From assembly GCA_036567785.1 (NCBI GenBank), contig DATCTV010000054.1, positions 18,408 through 82,407 on the forward strand: 64,000 nt of DNA, read 5' to 3'. Both the position numbers and the translations under genes were made by a program. Position 1 is the stretch's first letter. Every line of letters starts with the position of its first letter. This DNA comes from Desulfomonilia bacterium. GTDB lineage: Bacteria; Desulfobacterota; Desulfomonilia; UBA1062. This document shows, piece by piece, positions 20,561 to 31,250 of the stretch. The notes below the pieces were generated by a model, which was not told the DNA's origin, searched no databases, and saw only the letters and a list, made by a program, of their open reading frames with translations.

Positions 20561-20934
20561 TTTATATCCTTTCCAGCCTGGCTGAATGAAGCCCTGGCAC
20601 GTGCTAAGTCTTTCTTTGCCTTAATGAGCCCGATAAGGGCCAACAGAATTCCCGGGATAACAAGTGCTCCGGCAACTATGAGTGCCGCCGCCCAGGGCTG
20701 AAGCCATATGCAAAGGATAAGCACCGAGGTGACAAGAAACATGAGTCCGCCCAAAGCAAGCAGAATCAGCCCCGCAACTGCAAGGGCTAAACCGACAGGA
20801 GCCTGGGATAATCCGGCCTTGACCTCTTTCTTGACATACGCCTTTTCCATGCCGGCCAGTTTCATAATCCCTTTCAGGTATGTTAAGACAAGGGCGGGCA
20901 ACGATAGTTTTGGTATTTCTTCAACCTTCATCAA
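20542..20934 (-). CDS. Phage-holin-family (YqjE-like) membrane protein
   Basis: Two TM helices with GL..AV.GL..LALGG and PWAAALIVAG pattern. Confidence 0.65.
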   Translation of the reverse strand: MMKVEEIPKLSLPALVLTYLKGIMKLAGMEKAYVKKEVKAGLSQAPVGLALAVAGLILLALGGLMFLVTSVLILCIWLQPWAAALIVAGALVIPGILLALIGLIKAKKDLARARASFSQAGKDIKCLRQK

Positions 20935-20955
20935 TCAATCTTCCTTAAATTTTAA

Positions 20956-21552
20956 TCAATTCCCAAGGAGCGGCCGTTTTGCGCTCTTGCGAATTTCTTT
21001 TTCATCGGCCCATTCAAGAAGGCCGGTGGATATATTTACTAGATTAAGAGTTATTTTGAAATAGACATCCTCAACCTTGCCAGCCTTTTTCTTTATGGAC
21101 GTGATTTCACCGTAAAGAAAATAGTCCGCACCGACCTGTTTTCCGATATTCTTTCTCGTGCCGGGGTCTACATAGTCTGTCAGATTCTGATATTCAAGCT
21201 GTTTTATGATTTCGTCGTTTGCTTCACTTACAGCCGAAAACTGCACCCTTCCGGACTTGAGCAGGGTAACCTTTATCTTGTCCGTTATGGATTTTGTGTC
21301 TATGTGCTCGTCAGTTTTGTTCTTGACGTTTGATACATACATGACAGGCCTTTTCCCTGACTGAAGAAGCGGTGTTGCAAGAAGCGAGTTCACCATCTTT
21401 TCAGCGATCATCTGCAGATCGGTAGAGCCGAAGTCCGCTGTGACTGTTTCAACCTGTTCGGGATTGCCGTAACTTACATTGGGCGTGCTGGCGCATCCTG
21501 ATGAAATAATTATTGCCAGAAGAATGGATAACAGTATCATAAGCTTTTTCAT
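20956..21552 (-). CDS. lpoB: Penicillin-binding protein activator LpoB
   Basis: Lipobox SSGC; FGSTDLQMIAEKMV, VKNKTDEHIDTKSIT, GADYFLYGEI, G..EWADEKEIRK. Confidence 0.85.
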   Translation of the reverse strand: MKKLMILLSILLAIIISSGCASTPNVSYGNPEQVETVTADFGSTDLQMIAEKMVNSLLATPLLQSGKRPVMYVSNVKNKTDEHIDTKSITDKIKVTLLKSGRVQFSAVSEANDEIIKQLEYQNLTDYVDPGTRKNIGKQVGADYFLYGEITSIKKKAGKVEDVYFKITLNLVNISTGLLEWADEKEIRKSAKRPLLGN

Positions 21553-21590
21553 AATTTTGCCTCCTGGTTGGTATTTTACCTGAATTTCAT

Positions 21591-21989
21591 CTAATTGAAA
21601 GGTGTGATTGCGTGGGGTCTTCTTATCATCATCTTGTAGCCGACGGATGCTTCGGATGGAGGAGTCGATTTGAATCCCCTTGTTTCCCCGCCGGTCAGAA
21701 CCGCAGGAATCCAGTTGGTTATCGTGGATGTCTCTACCCCGCTTGAATCATACCATATGAAACGGTATTCAAAACTGACATCCCTGCTGACCTTGTTCTG
21801 AAGTTCCACCTGGACTTCGGCCCCGTTTATCCTTATTTCGCCGAAGGTTATCTGACGATTCAAGGCCCCGTCATTGATGATTACGGTCTTTTTTCCATCC
21901 AATCTTGCATCGATAATATTTGTAGCAACGCCGCCGCATCCGGCAAGAATCAGGCAGATGAGAATAAAAAGCAGACAATTTTTTTTCAT
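21591..21989 (-). CDS. YcfL/DUF1425 family lipoprotein
   Basis: Lipobox LAGC; FEYRFIWYDSSG; directly upstream of lpoB. Confidence 0.8.
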   Translation of the reverse strand: MKKNCLLFILICLILAGCGGVATNIIDARLDGKKTVIINDGALNRQITFGEIRINGAEVQVELQNKVSRDVSFEYRFIWYDSSGVETSTITNWIPAVLTGGETRGFKSTPPSEASVGYKMMIRRPHAITPFN

Positions 21990-22004
21990 ATGTTCCCCCT
22001 TATG

Positions 22005-23411
22005 TTAATATGACTTTGAAGAGACTGTAATATTGCTGTCGGTTGCCCTTGCCAGCACGACAACATGCCTTGCGTTGGGAGGTATCTTAATCTTTTCTGA
22101 AAATTTTCCCGGAACGCCCGGCAGTGCCGTTACCGTGAGCTCGTCAGTCCCCCTTGGTACGAAAAGCCTTGCAACATGAATCTGCTTGGGAAGCGTGGAC
22201 CATGTCCTCAAATCAGCCTGTTCCGTTATGGCAAATGCAACTCCTGCGGCAAGCTGTGCCCAGCCGCCGTACTGCTTGCCGGCTTCCCTTGTTGCGGTAC
22301 CCTTGAGTGCTGCTCTTACAGCCTGTTTTGCCAGCAAAATCGGATAGTCGTCAAGAAGGTTTCTTGAAGCGATTGCATCAGTGTCGGACACAATGCTGGT
22401 CTCGTCAGACAAACCACCCGCAGTTATAAATCCGCCTGTGACGAGAGAGGGGATATAGGCATATACCGGTACGGCAACAGATACAAGGCCCACTGACGGA
22501 ATGGGGAGCACGAGCTTGAATTCCTCTCTGTACGGGGCGAGCCCCAGTTCGAAAATGACGAATATATCAACTGAATCCTTTGGAAGAGGAGTGAATCTAC
22601 CGAACCTGTTCTGCCATCTGTCAAGGTCATCCCTGTAGCCGAGGTCCCTGCTCATACGGATCAGATCCCTCTGCAGGGCAACGCAATTCGGGGCTGACAG
22701 GATGGCCTTTTTCAGGTCGATGTAGGCCTCGTCCTCTTCGCCGTTCAGTTCATAGACCAGAGAACTTATGTAGTATGCGAATGCATTCTGGTAAATGCTG
22801 ACCACCGAACTGGCGGTCTCTTTCATCCTGTTATAACTGTCGCTGCCGGATGTTTTGAAGGAATCTTCATAATTCATGCCTTGGGAATCCTTCTTTGCCT
22901 TTTCAATATCCTTATAATGTTTATTATACAGGTCCTGCTGGACACGGTATGAGTTCCTGATCTCGACTCTTGCATCTTCCGTATTTCCCATCATCAGATA
23001 ATTGAGCGCATCCAGAGTATGCACCATTACCTTTTCAAAATTCTGGCCTTCGTACGGGATCACCTTCTCGTTTACAAGAAGCGATGCCGTCTGATAAGCC
23101 GCCTCTGAGGCAGAGATTACCGCCTTGTTTTCCTGTTCTTTTATGAGACCCGCTGCCAGCTCAAATTCTTTGGTGCTGAACTGAAAATCGCCTGTTGCCT
23201 GCAGAAGCGTTCCCCTTTCCATTCTTATCAGAATTTCGTTGCCTGACTTTGCCTTTGATTCCGGGAATTCCTTAAGGGCCTGCTGGAAATTCCCCTGTGA
23301 AATGCTGATCCTGGCTTTTTCGGTATCTCTCGTATAGTTGCTGAAGGCCGCACAGCCGCTCAATGCTGCAGACAGAACGAGACACAAAATTACATAAAAA
23401 AATCTTTTCAT
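22005..23411 (-). CDS. COG3014-type TPR-like lipoprotein
   Basis: Lipobox LSGC; YEGQNFEKVM, ARVEIR, QADLRTWSTLP; usual position upstream of ycfL-lpoB. Confidence 0.75.
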   Translation of the reverse strand: MKRFFYVILCLVLSAALSGCAAFSNYTRDTEKARISISQGNFQQALKEFPESKAKSGNEILIRMERGTLLQATGDFQFSTKEFELAAGLIKEQENKAVISASEAAYQTASLLVNEKVIPYEGQNFEKVMVHTLDALNYLMMGNTEDARVEIRNSYRVQQDLYNKHYKDIEKAKKDSQGMNYEDSFKTSGSDSYNRMKETASSVVSIYQNAFAYYISSLVYELNGEEDEAYIDLKKAILSAPNCVALQRDLIRMSRDLGYRDDLDRWQNRFGRFTPLPKDSVDIFVIFELGLAPYREEFKLVLPIPSVGLVSVAVPVYAYIPSLVTGGFITAGGLSDETSIVSDTDAIASRNLLDDYPILLAKQAVRAALKGTATREAGKQYGGWAQLAAGVAFAITEQADLRTWSTLPKQIHVARLFVPRGTDELTVTALPGVPGKFSEKIKIPPNARHVVVLARATDSNITVSSKSY

Positions 23412-23431
23412 TAATAATTCCCGGTCACGGT

Positions 23432-24457
23432 TTAAAACCTGTCCTTTTCTTTGAGTTTCTCATAGGGGTCTCCCGGCAATATCAGAAGGTCCCCCTGTCT
23501 GACAGAGGCTTTTGAACCGCTAAAATTCAGCGTGCATGCCTCCTTCTGTACCGAAACTACAGTTGCTTTTCCAATAACGGTTTCCTGTTTCCCGATTATT
23601 TTATCGGTATCGGGGTCTTTAATAGATTCTCCTGTCCTGATCACATTATATACGTCTCCTGCGTTGATCCCGAAATTGCTGCCCCTGTTTGCGGTTAATG
23701 TGCTGTCCTCAACGTTGATCACCCTGAAAGGAAAGAATGCATTAACCGTTTTTGTTGTGAGGTCATTGCCTAGGGCATCGTACAGGTCATGCATAAAAGG
23801 TGTATCGAAAAAAGGGTCATACTTTTCAAGTTCTGCACCATAGGCCTTTTTTTCCAGGGATTTTGTCCGTACTGCTATGCCTTCTCCAATTACAGAGCTT
23901 ATGATTCTGCCTGTGGCTGTCTCAATTATCCTCAATTCAACCCTGATTACACCCTTGTCCCTTACCTGCTGTTGCTCGGTATAGGGTATTTCCCTTATTT
24001 CAAATCCAAGGTCTGCCTGGAAAACCGTACCTATGGCAAGGTATTCGGCGCCTAGCATCTTTCCTTTATTTATGGCGGATGCGGGATCCGTAAGGCCTGC
24101 TTCACTCATGGATATCTCACCGAGTATCCTGTCCGCCTTGGCGCGTTCAACCACCGTGAATTTGCCGCTTTCGACCAGATGCCTTATAAAGACGTCGGTG
24201 AGATTCGGCAGTTCGATTTCCTTTAGCCTGCTTCTGCCGTTTTGAATGTTTATTTGTGAGTATGTCGTCCCGCCCCATGGGGTATAGCTGCTGACGTTTG
24301 TTGCACTTATCCGGCCTGTATTATCTACGGTCCATACGGACAGCCTCGGAACGGCTATTGTTATCATCTTTGCATATGCAGGCCAGCAGCACAGAAAAAA
24401 AATCACCAGTAAAATGAAAATCGGGCGGGCTGATTTTCTTATCATGAGAGGCCTCAT
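23432..24457 (-). CDS. CsgG/HfaB family envelope protein
   Basis: Signal peptide; SGKFTVVER, GKMLGAEYLAIGTV, RIIETATGRI; C-terminal beta domain NRGSNFGINAGD. Confidence 0.8.
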   Translation of the reverse strand: MRPLMIRKSARPIFILLVIFFLCCWPAYAKMITIAVPRLSVWTVDNTGRISATNVSSYTPWGGTTYSQINIQNGRSRLKEIELPNLTDVFIRHLVESGKFTVVERAKADRILGEISMSEAGLTDPASAINKGKMLGAEYLAIGTVFQADLGFEIREIPYTEQQQVRDKGVIRVELRIIETATGRIISSVIGEGIAVRTKSLEKKAYGAELEKYDPFFDTPFMHDLYDALGNDLTTKTVNAFFPFRVINVEDSTLTANRGSNFGINAGDVYNVIRTGESIKDPDTDKIIGKQETVIGKATVVSVQKEACTLNFSGSKASVRQGDLLILPGDPYEKLKEKDRF

Positions 24458-24463
24458 ATATTA

Positions 24464-25036
24464 TCAGTTGAATGCGACTCCAAGGCTCACTACAACGCCT
24501 CTTCTGGTGTGATATCCAAGGCCCATCATAAAGCCCTGCACCGCATAACGAAGCCCGAGCATGCCGGTTACTGCATTCTTACTTGATGAATCAACGAGGT
24601 ATCTGGTCCCTAGAATGGGATCTGTAACCGTCTCTTCGTTCCACCATGCGTATCCTCCTCCTAGATTAAGGAAGAAAGAAGGGGCCAGCTCTGCGCCGAG
24701 ACATATGTTTGCCTCATATTCATTACCGTCATAGTAATCGCTCGATGGAACATAGCTGCCCAAACCTGCCGGCAATTTTCCATTATAACTGGGGACTTTG
24801 TTGCTGCTTTTGGGGACAGACACCGAGAAACCCACCCCAGCACTGAATGACCCGCCGGTAGGATGAAGACTTGAAAGGAAGATGCCTCCGAATTCCGCAC
24901 CCGCACTCCAGTTCCCGGCGCTTGTTGTATCTGAAGGGGCGCCGAAACCGAAGTTGCCCAGTACATATCCTCCGGCATAAGACATACCCGGTACCGCAAG
25001 TGTAAGAAGCATCAGTATGCATATTGTTTTTTTCAT
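24464..25036 (-). CDS. Hypothetical outer-membrane beta-barrel protein
   Basis: Signal peptide; alternating aromatic/Gly beta strands; ends LGVAFN; SD GGAGG. Confidence 0.6.
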   Translation of the reverse strand: MKKTICILMLLTLAVPGMSYAGGYVLGNFGFGAPSDTTSAGNWSAGAEFGGIFLSSLHPTGGSFSAGVGFSVSVPKSSNKVPSYNGKLPAGLGSYVPSSDYYDGNEYEANICLGAELAPSFFLNLGGGYAWWNEETVTDPILGTRYLVDSSSKNAVTGMLGLRYAVQGFMMGLGYHTRRGVVVSLGVAFN

Positions 25037-25231
25037 GACATGCCTCCAGTGAATTATTGATGTAATAAAAATCTGGCTGAACATTAACATGAAAGCCCTT
25101 TATTCTACAATAAGGCATTGTTGGCGGAAGCTTCAGCTTGTTTGTTTGCGGTGAAATTTTTTCTCAAAGCTCTGGAATATTATAAATGTGAGTGTTAATA
25201 TAAAAATTCATTCTTAATTAAGGATAATACC

Positions 25232-26104
25232 ATGGAACAGGCGATTCAAAGGGCAAAAATACTTATCGAGGCGCTGCCTTATATAAAGGATTTCAGGGGC
25301 AGAAGGATTGTAATCAAATATGGCGGGCATGCCATGATCGACCCTGAACTCAAACGCACTTTCGCACGCCAGATAGTACTCCTTCAGTATGTGGGGATTC
25401 AGGTCACGGTTGTGCACGGTGGAGGACCGCAGATAAACGAGGCTTTAAATAAGCTTGGAGTAAAGTCTTCGTTTATCGAAGGAAAGCGTGTTACGGATGA
25501 AGAAACGCTTAAGGTCGTGGAAATGGTGCTTTCAGGCCAGATAAACAAGGAGATAGTGAACCTTATCAATATAGAAGGCGGCAAGGCCGTCGGCATATCA
25601 GGCAAGGACGGAGGGCTTATAAAGGCTGAAAAGCTGCTTATGAAGGACGGTGCGGATGGAAAGCCGGTTGACCTCGGGCTTGTAGGCGAGGTTTCAGGTG
25701 TTGATAACGGCATTGTGGACACGGTGGAGGCCGGAGGATTTGTTGCGGTAATCGCACCTCTTGGGGTGGATAAGAAAGGCCGCACATATAATATCAATGC
25801 CGATACCGCCGCCGCAGCCATCGCATCAAGCCTTAAGGCTGAAAAGCTAATACTCCTCACAGACGAAGCCGGTGTCCTGGATAAGGGGGGAAGTCTCATT
25901 TCCAGTATATACTATGACGAGATTTCCGACATGGTTCTGAATGGCGTTGTAACAGGCGGCATGATACCAAAGATAGAATGCTGCAGGGACGCCATAGGTG
26001 CCGGTGTCAGGAAGGCCCATATCATTGACGGCAGGGTTCCCTATTCGATACTGCTTGAAATGCTTACCGACAGCGGGATAGGCACACAGATTACGAAAGG
26101 ATGA
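25232..26104 (+). CDS. argB: Acetylglutamate kinase
   Basis: VIKYGG, VHGGGPQI, NINAD, GGMIPK, HIIDGR. Confidence 0.97.
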   Translation: MEQAIQRAKILIEALPYIKDFRGRRIVIKYGGHAMIDPELKRTFARQIVLLQYVGIQVTVVHGGGPQINEALNKLGVKSSFIEGKRVTDEETLKVVEMVLSGQINKEIVNLINIEGGKAVGISGKDGGLIKAEKLLMKDGADGKPVDLGLVGEVSGVDNGIVDTVEAGGFVAVIAPLGVDKKGRTYNINADTAAAAIASSLKAEKLILLTDEAGVLDKGGSLISSIYYDEISDMVLNGVVTGGMIPKIECCRDAIGAGVRKAHIIDGRVPYSILLEMLTDSGIGTQITKG

Positions 26105-27273
26105 AAGAAGTGGAATATTTAATGAACACACCGGCAAGACTGCCGGTCGGACTTGTAAAAGGAAACGGCTGCCGGGTAACGGACGAGGCAGGAAAGACAT
26201 ATCTGGATATGGTCGCAGGCATTGCGGTCTGCAATCTAGGCCACTGCCATCCTGCGGTTGTCGAAGCCCTCAAATCTCAGGTTGAGACCCTGTTCCACTG
26301 CTCCAACCTGTACCGCATACCGGTACAGGAAAGGTTTGCAGAAATGCTTTCCAAGAATGCGTTTAATGGAAAACTGTTTTTCTGCAATTCCGGGGCGGAA
26401 GCGAACGAGGGTGCAATAAAGCTTATAAGGCGGTATTCTGCCGATAAAGGTAAACGCGGGTCAAAAATCATCACCTGCTCCGGCTCATTTCACGGCAGGA
26501 CCATAACAACGGTTGCTGCGACTGGCCAGATCAAGTTCAGAAAAGGATTCGATCCAATAACCGAAGGATTCGTACATGTTGATTACGGCAGTATCGAGGC
26601 TGTAAAAGAGGTCCTTGACGAGTCCATTGGCGGGATAATTCTTGAACCTATTCAGGGTGAAAGCGGCATACGGATACCTCCCTCCGGTTATCTTGAAGAA
26701 CTGAGGGATCTCTGCGACAGAAGCGGCATTCTTCTGTGTCTGGACGAGGTTCAGACAGGGTTTTCAAGGACCGGCAAGCTCTTTGCCTATATGTACGAGA
26801 ACATGACACCTGATATCATGACCATGGCAAAGGCCATCGCCAACGGATTTCCGGCCGGTGCAATAATGGCCAGAGAAGAAGTTGCCGAGGTCTTCGTTCC
26901 GGGTACGCATGCATCGACCTTTGGAGGAAACCCTCTTGCAATGGCGGCTGGGCTTGCAACGCTCGAGGTTATGATAAAGGAAGATATGCCGTCGCGCAGT
27001 ATGAAGATGGGGGCCTATTTTACAGGCAGGCTACAAGAACTCAAGAAAGTGCATCCGTCATTGATTGAAATACGCGGAAAAGGTCTCATGATAGGCGCAG
27101 AATTCGATACGGACATCAGTTTTATGACGAAAGAAGGGCTTGCCAGGGGAATTCTGCTTAATACCATTGGCGATCGGATAATAAGGCTTGTGCCTCCGAT
27201 CGTTATAACCGAATCAGAGATTGACATGGCGGTTTCTTTGATTGATGAGATACTCAAGGAAAAAGGATTATGA
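26101..27273 (+). CDS. argD: Acetylornithine aminotransferase
   Basis: FFCNSGAEANE, FHGRT, EPIQGE, DEVQTG, AKAIANG, HASTFGGNP. Confidence 0.95.
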   Translation: MKEVEYLMNTPARLPVGLVKGNGCRVTDEAGKTYLDMVAGIAVCNLGHCHPAVVEALKSQVETLFHCSNLYRIPVQERFAEMLSKNAFNGKLFFCNSGAEANEGAIKLIRRYSADKGKRGSKIITCSGSFHGRTITTVAATGQIKFRKGFDPITEGFVHVDYGSIEAVKEVLDESIGGIILEPIQGESGIRIPPSGYLEELRDLCDRSGILLCLDEVQTGFSRTGKLFAYMYENMTPDIMTMAKAIANGFPAGAIMAREEVAEVFVPGTHASTFGGNPLAMAAGLATLEVMIKEDMPSRSMKMGAYFTGRLQELKKVHPSLIEIRGKGLMIGAEFDTDISFMTKEGLARGILLNTIGDRIIRLVPPIVITESEIDMAVSLIDEILKEKGL

Positions 27274-28172
27274 AAAGGGACCTTCTATCATTAAGAGATC
27301 TCACAAAAGAAGAGATATACGGGCTGTTCGATAAATCCAGAACCTTTAAAATGGGAGATGTGCCCCAAAGCCTTAAAAACAAAGCCGTAGCGCTTGTCTT
27401 TGAAAAGGCCTCGACGCGCACACGGATTTCCTTCGAAGTGGGCGTGTTCCGGCTGGGTGGACACCCCGTGGTTCTGATGCCCGGGGGAAGCCAGATGGCC
27501 CGAGGTGAACCGCTAAAGGACACGGCCAGGGTGCTTAACAGGTATTGCGACATGATCGTCATGAGAACCTACGCGCATTCCAATGTAGAGGAAATGGCCA
27601 GATATACTGATGTGCCGGTAATAAACGCCCTGACTGATTTGCTCCATCCCTGTCAGGTGCTGGCTGACTGCTTTACAATAATAGAGAAATTCGGAAGTAT
27701 CGAAGACCGCAAAGTCGCATGGCTGGGTGATGGATTCAATATGGCCAATTCATGGATAAACGCTGCCGCCATTCTTGGTTTTGAGCTCATGCTTGCCTGT
27801 CCCAGGGGTTATGAGCCTGATGCCGGGATTATGGACAGGGCTGTCAGGGAAGGGGCAAAGGTGAGCCTTGTAAGCGATCCGATGCTTGCAGTTAAGGGTG
27901 CAATAGCAGTGAATACGGATGTGTGGGCCAGTATGGGCCAGGAGGAAGAAACACTTGACAGGGTAAAGGCATTTGATGGTTATAAGGTTACTTCTGAGAT
28001 CATGGATCATGCGCTTCCAGATGCAGTTTTCATGCACTGCCTTCCAGCACACAGGGACGAAGAGGTCAGCGAGGAGGTTTTCGAGGGACCACGCTCGATC
28101 GTGTGGGACCAGACAGAGAACAGACTTTATGTTCAGGAGGCCGTAATGGACTTCCTGGCATCACATAAATAA
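27270..28172 (+). CDS. argF: Ornithine carbamoyltransferase
   Basis: [28 protein letters not shown]. Confidence 0.97.
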   Translation: MKRDLLSLRDLTKEEIYGLFDKSRTFKMGDVPQSLKNKAVALVFEKASTRTRISFEVGVFRLGGHPVVLMPGGSQMARGEPLKDTARVLNRYCDMIVMRTYAHSNVEEMARYTDVPVINALTDLLHPCQVLADCFTIIEKFGSIEDRKVAWLGDGFNMANSWINAAAILGFELMLACPRGYEPDAGIMDRAVREGAKVSLVSDPMLAVKGAIAVNTDVWASMGQEEETLDRVKAFDGYKVTSEIMDHALPDAVFMHCLPAHRDEEVSEEVFEGPRSIVWDQTENRLYVQEAVMDFLASHK

Positions 28173-28185
28173 GGAGAGATGCAAC

Positions 28186-29397
28186 ATGGCAAAGGCAAAG
28201 AAAAAGATTGTTCTTCTGTATTCAGGCGGACTGGATACTTCGGTTATGCTCAAATGGCTTCAGGATGAATTAGATTATGAAGTGATCTGCTACTGTTCAG
28301 ATCTGGGTCAGGCTGAAGAGCTTGACGGACTTGATGCTAAGGCAAAGAAAACCGGGGCAAAAAAACTTTATATAGATGACTTGAGGGAAGATTTCGTAAG
28401 AGATTACGTATTCCCGGCATTCAGGGCCGATATCGTTTATGAGGGCCTTTACCTCCTCGGGACATCGCTTGCCAGGCCTCTGATTGCAAAGCGCGCCATT
28501 GAGATAGCCCATAAGGAAGGGGCCGAAGCGGTCGCCCACGGTGCAACCGGCAAGGGTAACGACCAGGTGCGTTTCGAGCTTACATTCTGGGCGCTGGATC
28601 CGCATATAAAGGTGGTAGCCCCGTGGAAAATGGACGAATGGAAGCTCCGTTCGCGCGATAAGATGATTGACTATGCAAAAAAGCATGGCATACCGGTGCC
28701 CGTGACCAAGGCGAAGCCTTACAGCATGGACAGGAATCTGCTTCATATCAGCTATGAAGGCGGCATACTGGAAGACCCGTGGAATGCCCCGAATGATGAC
28801 ATGTACATCCTGTCAAAGTCACCTGAGAAGGCGCCGGACAAACCCACTGAAATCACCATCAGTTTCAAGGACGGCGATCCTGTGGCCATTAACGGCAAAA
28901 AGATGTCGCCTGCAACGCTCCTTGCAAGGCTTAATGAACTGGGTGGAGAAAACGGTATAGGCCGAGTCGATATCGTCGAGAACAGATATGTAGGTATGAA
29001 ATCGCGCGGCTGCTATGAGACGCCCGGCGGGACAATAATGAAGATCGCGCACCGTGGAATCGAACAGATCACCATGGACAGGGAGGTCATGCATTTAAGG
29101 GATGAACTCATGCCGAAATATGCAAACCTGGTTTATTACGGCTACTGGTTTGCCCCTGAAAGGGTTGCACTGCAGAAGCTTATCGACGAGAGCCAGAAGA
29201 ATGTTACGGGTGATGTCAGGGTCAAACTCTACAAGGGCAACTGCATTGTGACGGGCCGACGCTCGAAGTATTCTCTGTATAACCCGGAGGTTGCCACTTT
29301 TGATGAAGATATGGTCTATGACCAGAAGGATGCAAAGGGCTTCATCAGGCTTAATGCCTTGAGGCTCAGAATGAGGGCTCTGAGGAAAAATGGATAA
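28186..29397 (+). CDS. argG: Argininosuccinate synthase
   Basis: [37 protein letters not shown]. Confidence 0.97.
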   Translation: MAKAKKKIVLLYSGGLDTSVMLKWLQDELDYEVICYCSDLGQAEELDGLDAKAKKTGAKKLYIDDLREDFVRDYVFPAFRADIVYEGLYLLGTSLARPLIAKRAIEIAHKEGAEAVAHGATGKGNDQVRFELTFWALDPHIKVVAPWKMDEWKLRSRDKMIDYAKKHGIPVPVTKAKPYSMDRNLLHISYEGGILEDPWNAPNDDMYILSKSPEKAPDKPTEITISFKDGDPVAINGKKMSPATLLARLNELGGENGIGRVDIVENRYVGMKSRGCYETPGGTIMKIAHRGIEQITMDREVMHLRDELMPKYANLVYYGYWFAPERVALQKLIDESQKNVTGDVRVKLYKGNCIVTGRRSKYSLYNPEVATFDEDMVYDQKDAKGFIRLNALRLRMRALRKNG

Positions 29398-30778
29398 ACC
29401 CTGGTCAGGGAGATTCAAGGACGAGACTGATGCTTCAGTAGAAGCGTTCACCGAAAGTGTGAGCTTTGATAAGAGGCTCTGGCGAGAGGATATTGAGGGT
29501 TCTATCGCCCATGCAGGCATGCTAGCATGTTGCGGCATCATTTCAGGAGAAGAAGCCGGAGTTATTGTTAACGGACTGAAAGCGATCGCTCTCGATATAG
29601 AAAACGGTAATTTTAATTTTGATCCCAAGCTGGAAGACGTTCACATGAATATCGAGGCCGAGCTTATAAAGCGCATCGGTAAGCCCGGCAAGAAGCTCCA
29701 TACCGCAAGAAGCCGCAATGACCAGGTGGCCCTTGATCTGAGGCTTCATGTAAAAAATGGCCTAAAGGATATAAATGAAGCCCTTATAGGTTTCATGAAG
29801 GTCCTGGTGGAGAAGGCATCTGATCATGTCAATGATATAATACCTGGCATGACACACATGCAGTTCGCACAGCCTGTGAGCTTTGCCCACCATCTGCTCG
29901 CCTATTTCGAGATGGCATTAAGGGATTACAGACGTGTAAGTGACGCGATAAAGGGATTGAACGAATCGTTTCCGCTTGGAGCGGCAGCCCTTGCAGGCAC
30001 GCCTCACCCGATAGACCGGTTCATTACGGCAGCGCGGCTTGGTTTTGACTGGCCGTCAAGGAATTCCATGGATGCTGTAAGCGACAGGGACTTTGCCCTT
30101 GATGCCATTTATGCCTGCAGTGTCATCATGATGCACCTGAGCAGGCTTGCAGAAGAGATCATAATCTGGAACTCGCAGGCATACGGCCTTATCGAACTCC
30201 CGGACAGTTATACGACCGGAAGTTCAATAATGCCCCAGAAAAAGAACCCCGACGTGGCCGAGCTTGTCAGGGGCAAAACCGGACGTGTCTACGGAAACCT
30301 GATCAGCCTGCTTACGCTCATGAAAGGCCTGCCCCTTACCTATAACCGTGATATGCAGGAGGATAAGCCGCCGATATTCGACACAATCGATACGACATTA
30401 TCCTCTCTCGTTGTCATGACTGGACTCGTCAAAGGCATAACGCTGAAAAAGGAATCCGCCATGGCTGCCGTCGATAAAGGTTTTATCACTGCAACGGACA
30501 TTGCTGACTATCTGGCATCAAAAGGCGTGCCATTCAGGGACGCGCACCATATCACAGGTGAGATTGTCTCCTGGCTGATCGGGGTTAAAAAGACGATAAC
30601 CGACATGACAATCGAAGACTTCAAGTCATTTTCAGACAAGTTCTGCGAAGACGTGCTGGAATATGTCAAACCCTCCTCATCGGTTGACCGTAGAAAGAGC
30701 TTTGGCGGTACCGCAAGAAAAAATGTCAGGGATTCGATAAAAAAGGCCAGGCGTATGCTTGATAAGATGAAAAACTGA
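29390..30778 (+). CDS. argH: Argininosuccinate lyase
   Basis: [26 protein letters not shown]. Confidence 0.97.
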   Translation: MDKPWSGRFKDETDASVEAFTESVSFDKRLWREDIEGSIAHAGMLACCGIISGEEAGVIVNGLKAIALDIENGNFNFDPKLEDVHMNIEAELIKRIGKPGKKLHTARSRNDQVALDLRLHVKNGLKDINEALIGFMKVLVEKASDHVNDIIPGMTHMQFAQPVSFAHHLLAYFEMALRDYRRVSDAIKGLNESFPLGAAALAGTPHPIDRFITAARLGFDWPSRNSMDAVSDRDFALDAIYACSVIMMHLSRLAEEIIIWNSQAYGLIELPDSYTTGSSIMPQKKNPDVAELVRGKTGRVYGNLISLLTLMKGLPLTYNRDMQEDKPPIFDTIDTTLSSLVVMTGLVKGITLKKESAMAAVDKGFITATDIADYLASKGVPFRDAHHITGEIVSWLIGVKKTITDMTIEDFKSFSDKFCEDVLEYVKPSSSVDRRKSFGGTARKNVRDSIKKARRMLDKMKN

Positions 30779-30800
30779 TTTCATCTACTGTACGAAGATT

Positions 30801-31220
30801 ATGGATATTACGTTCTTTAAAAGAGTATTCAGAAAAAGAGGCAGTTCAGCGTTCAGACATATGGCCTGCCTGCTTTTATTTTTTGCCTTTACCCTTCCGG
30901 CCTGCGGCAGAAAGCTTGATCCGCTGCCTCCTGTTGAAGATTCCCCCGCAGTAATAAGGTCGGTAAAAACAGATGGAACGGCTAATATCATCAAGGTCAG
31001 AGTCAATGCGGATGATGCCGACATAACACTCCTGGGGAAACCTCAGGGTTTGTGTCCGCAGTGTGAAGATGATCTCATAAAGAAAATTAAAATACATACA
31101 TCATCCGGTACCGTTATCTTGAGAGATGAAAAACCTGAGGAACCGTGTATGGTTTACAGGGTCCTTTTTGAAAAGGGTGACACCAGGTGGTCGACTCCGG
31201 CCAGGGTATACTGCAAATGA
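30801..31220 (+). CDS. Small lipoprotein, LptM/LppL-like N-terminus
   Basis: Lipobox LPAC followed by GRKLDPLPP; directly upstream of lysA; start uncertain (30801 or 30861). Confidence 0.6.
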   Translation: MDITFFKRVFRKRGSSAFRHMACLLLFFAFTLPACGRKLDPLPPVEDSPAVIRSVKTDGTANIIKVRVNADDADITLLGKPQGLCPQCEDDLIKKIKIHTSSGTVILRDEKPEEPCMVYRVLFEKGDTRWSTPARVYCK

Positions 31221-31250
31221 TTAAATATGATGGAAAGGAAATATTAAAGT

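Noticed and set aside
20542-20934. Holin-family gene as a prophage marker
   Set aside because: No endolysin, structural or integrase genes nearby; YqjE-like proteins are chromosomal membrane proteins.
25190-25215. Possible ARG box upstream of argB
   Set aside because: Only a loose match to the ArgR consensus in very AT-rich DNA, with no clear tandem second box and no argR in the window.
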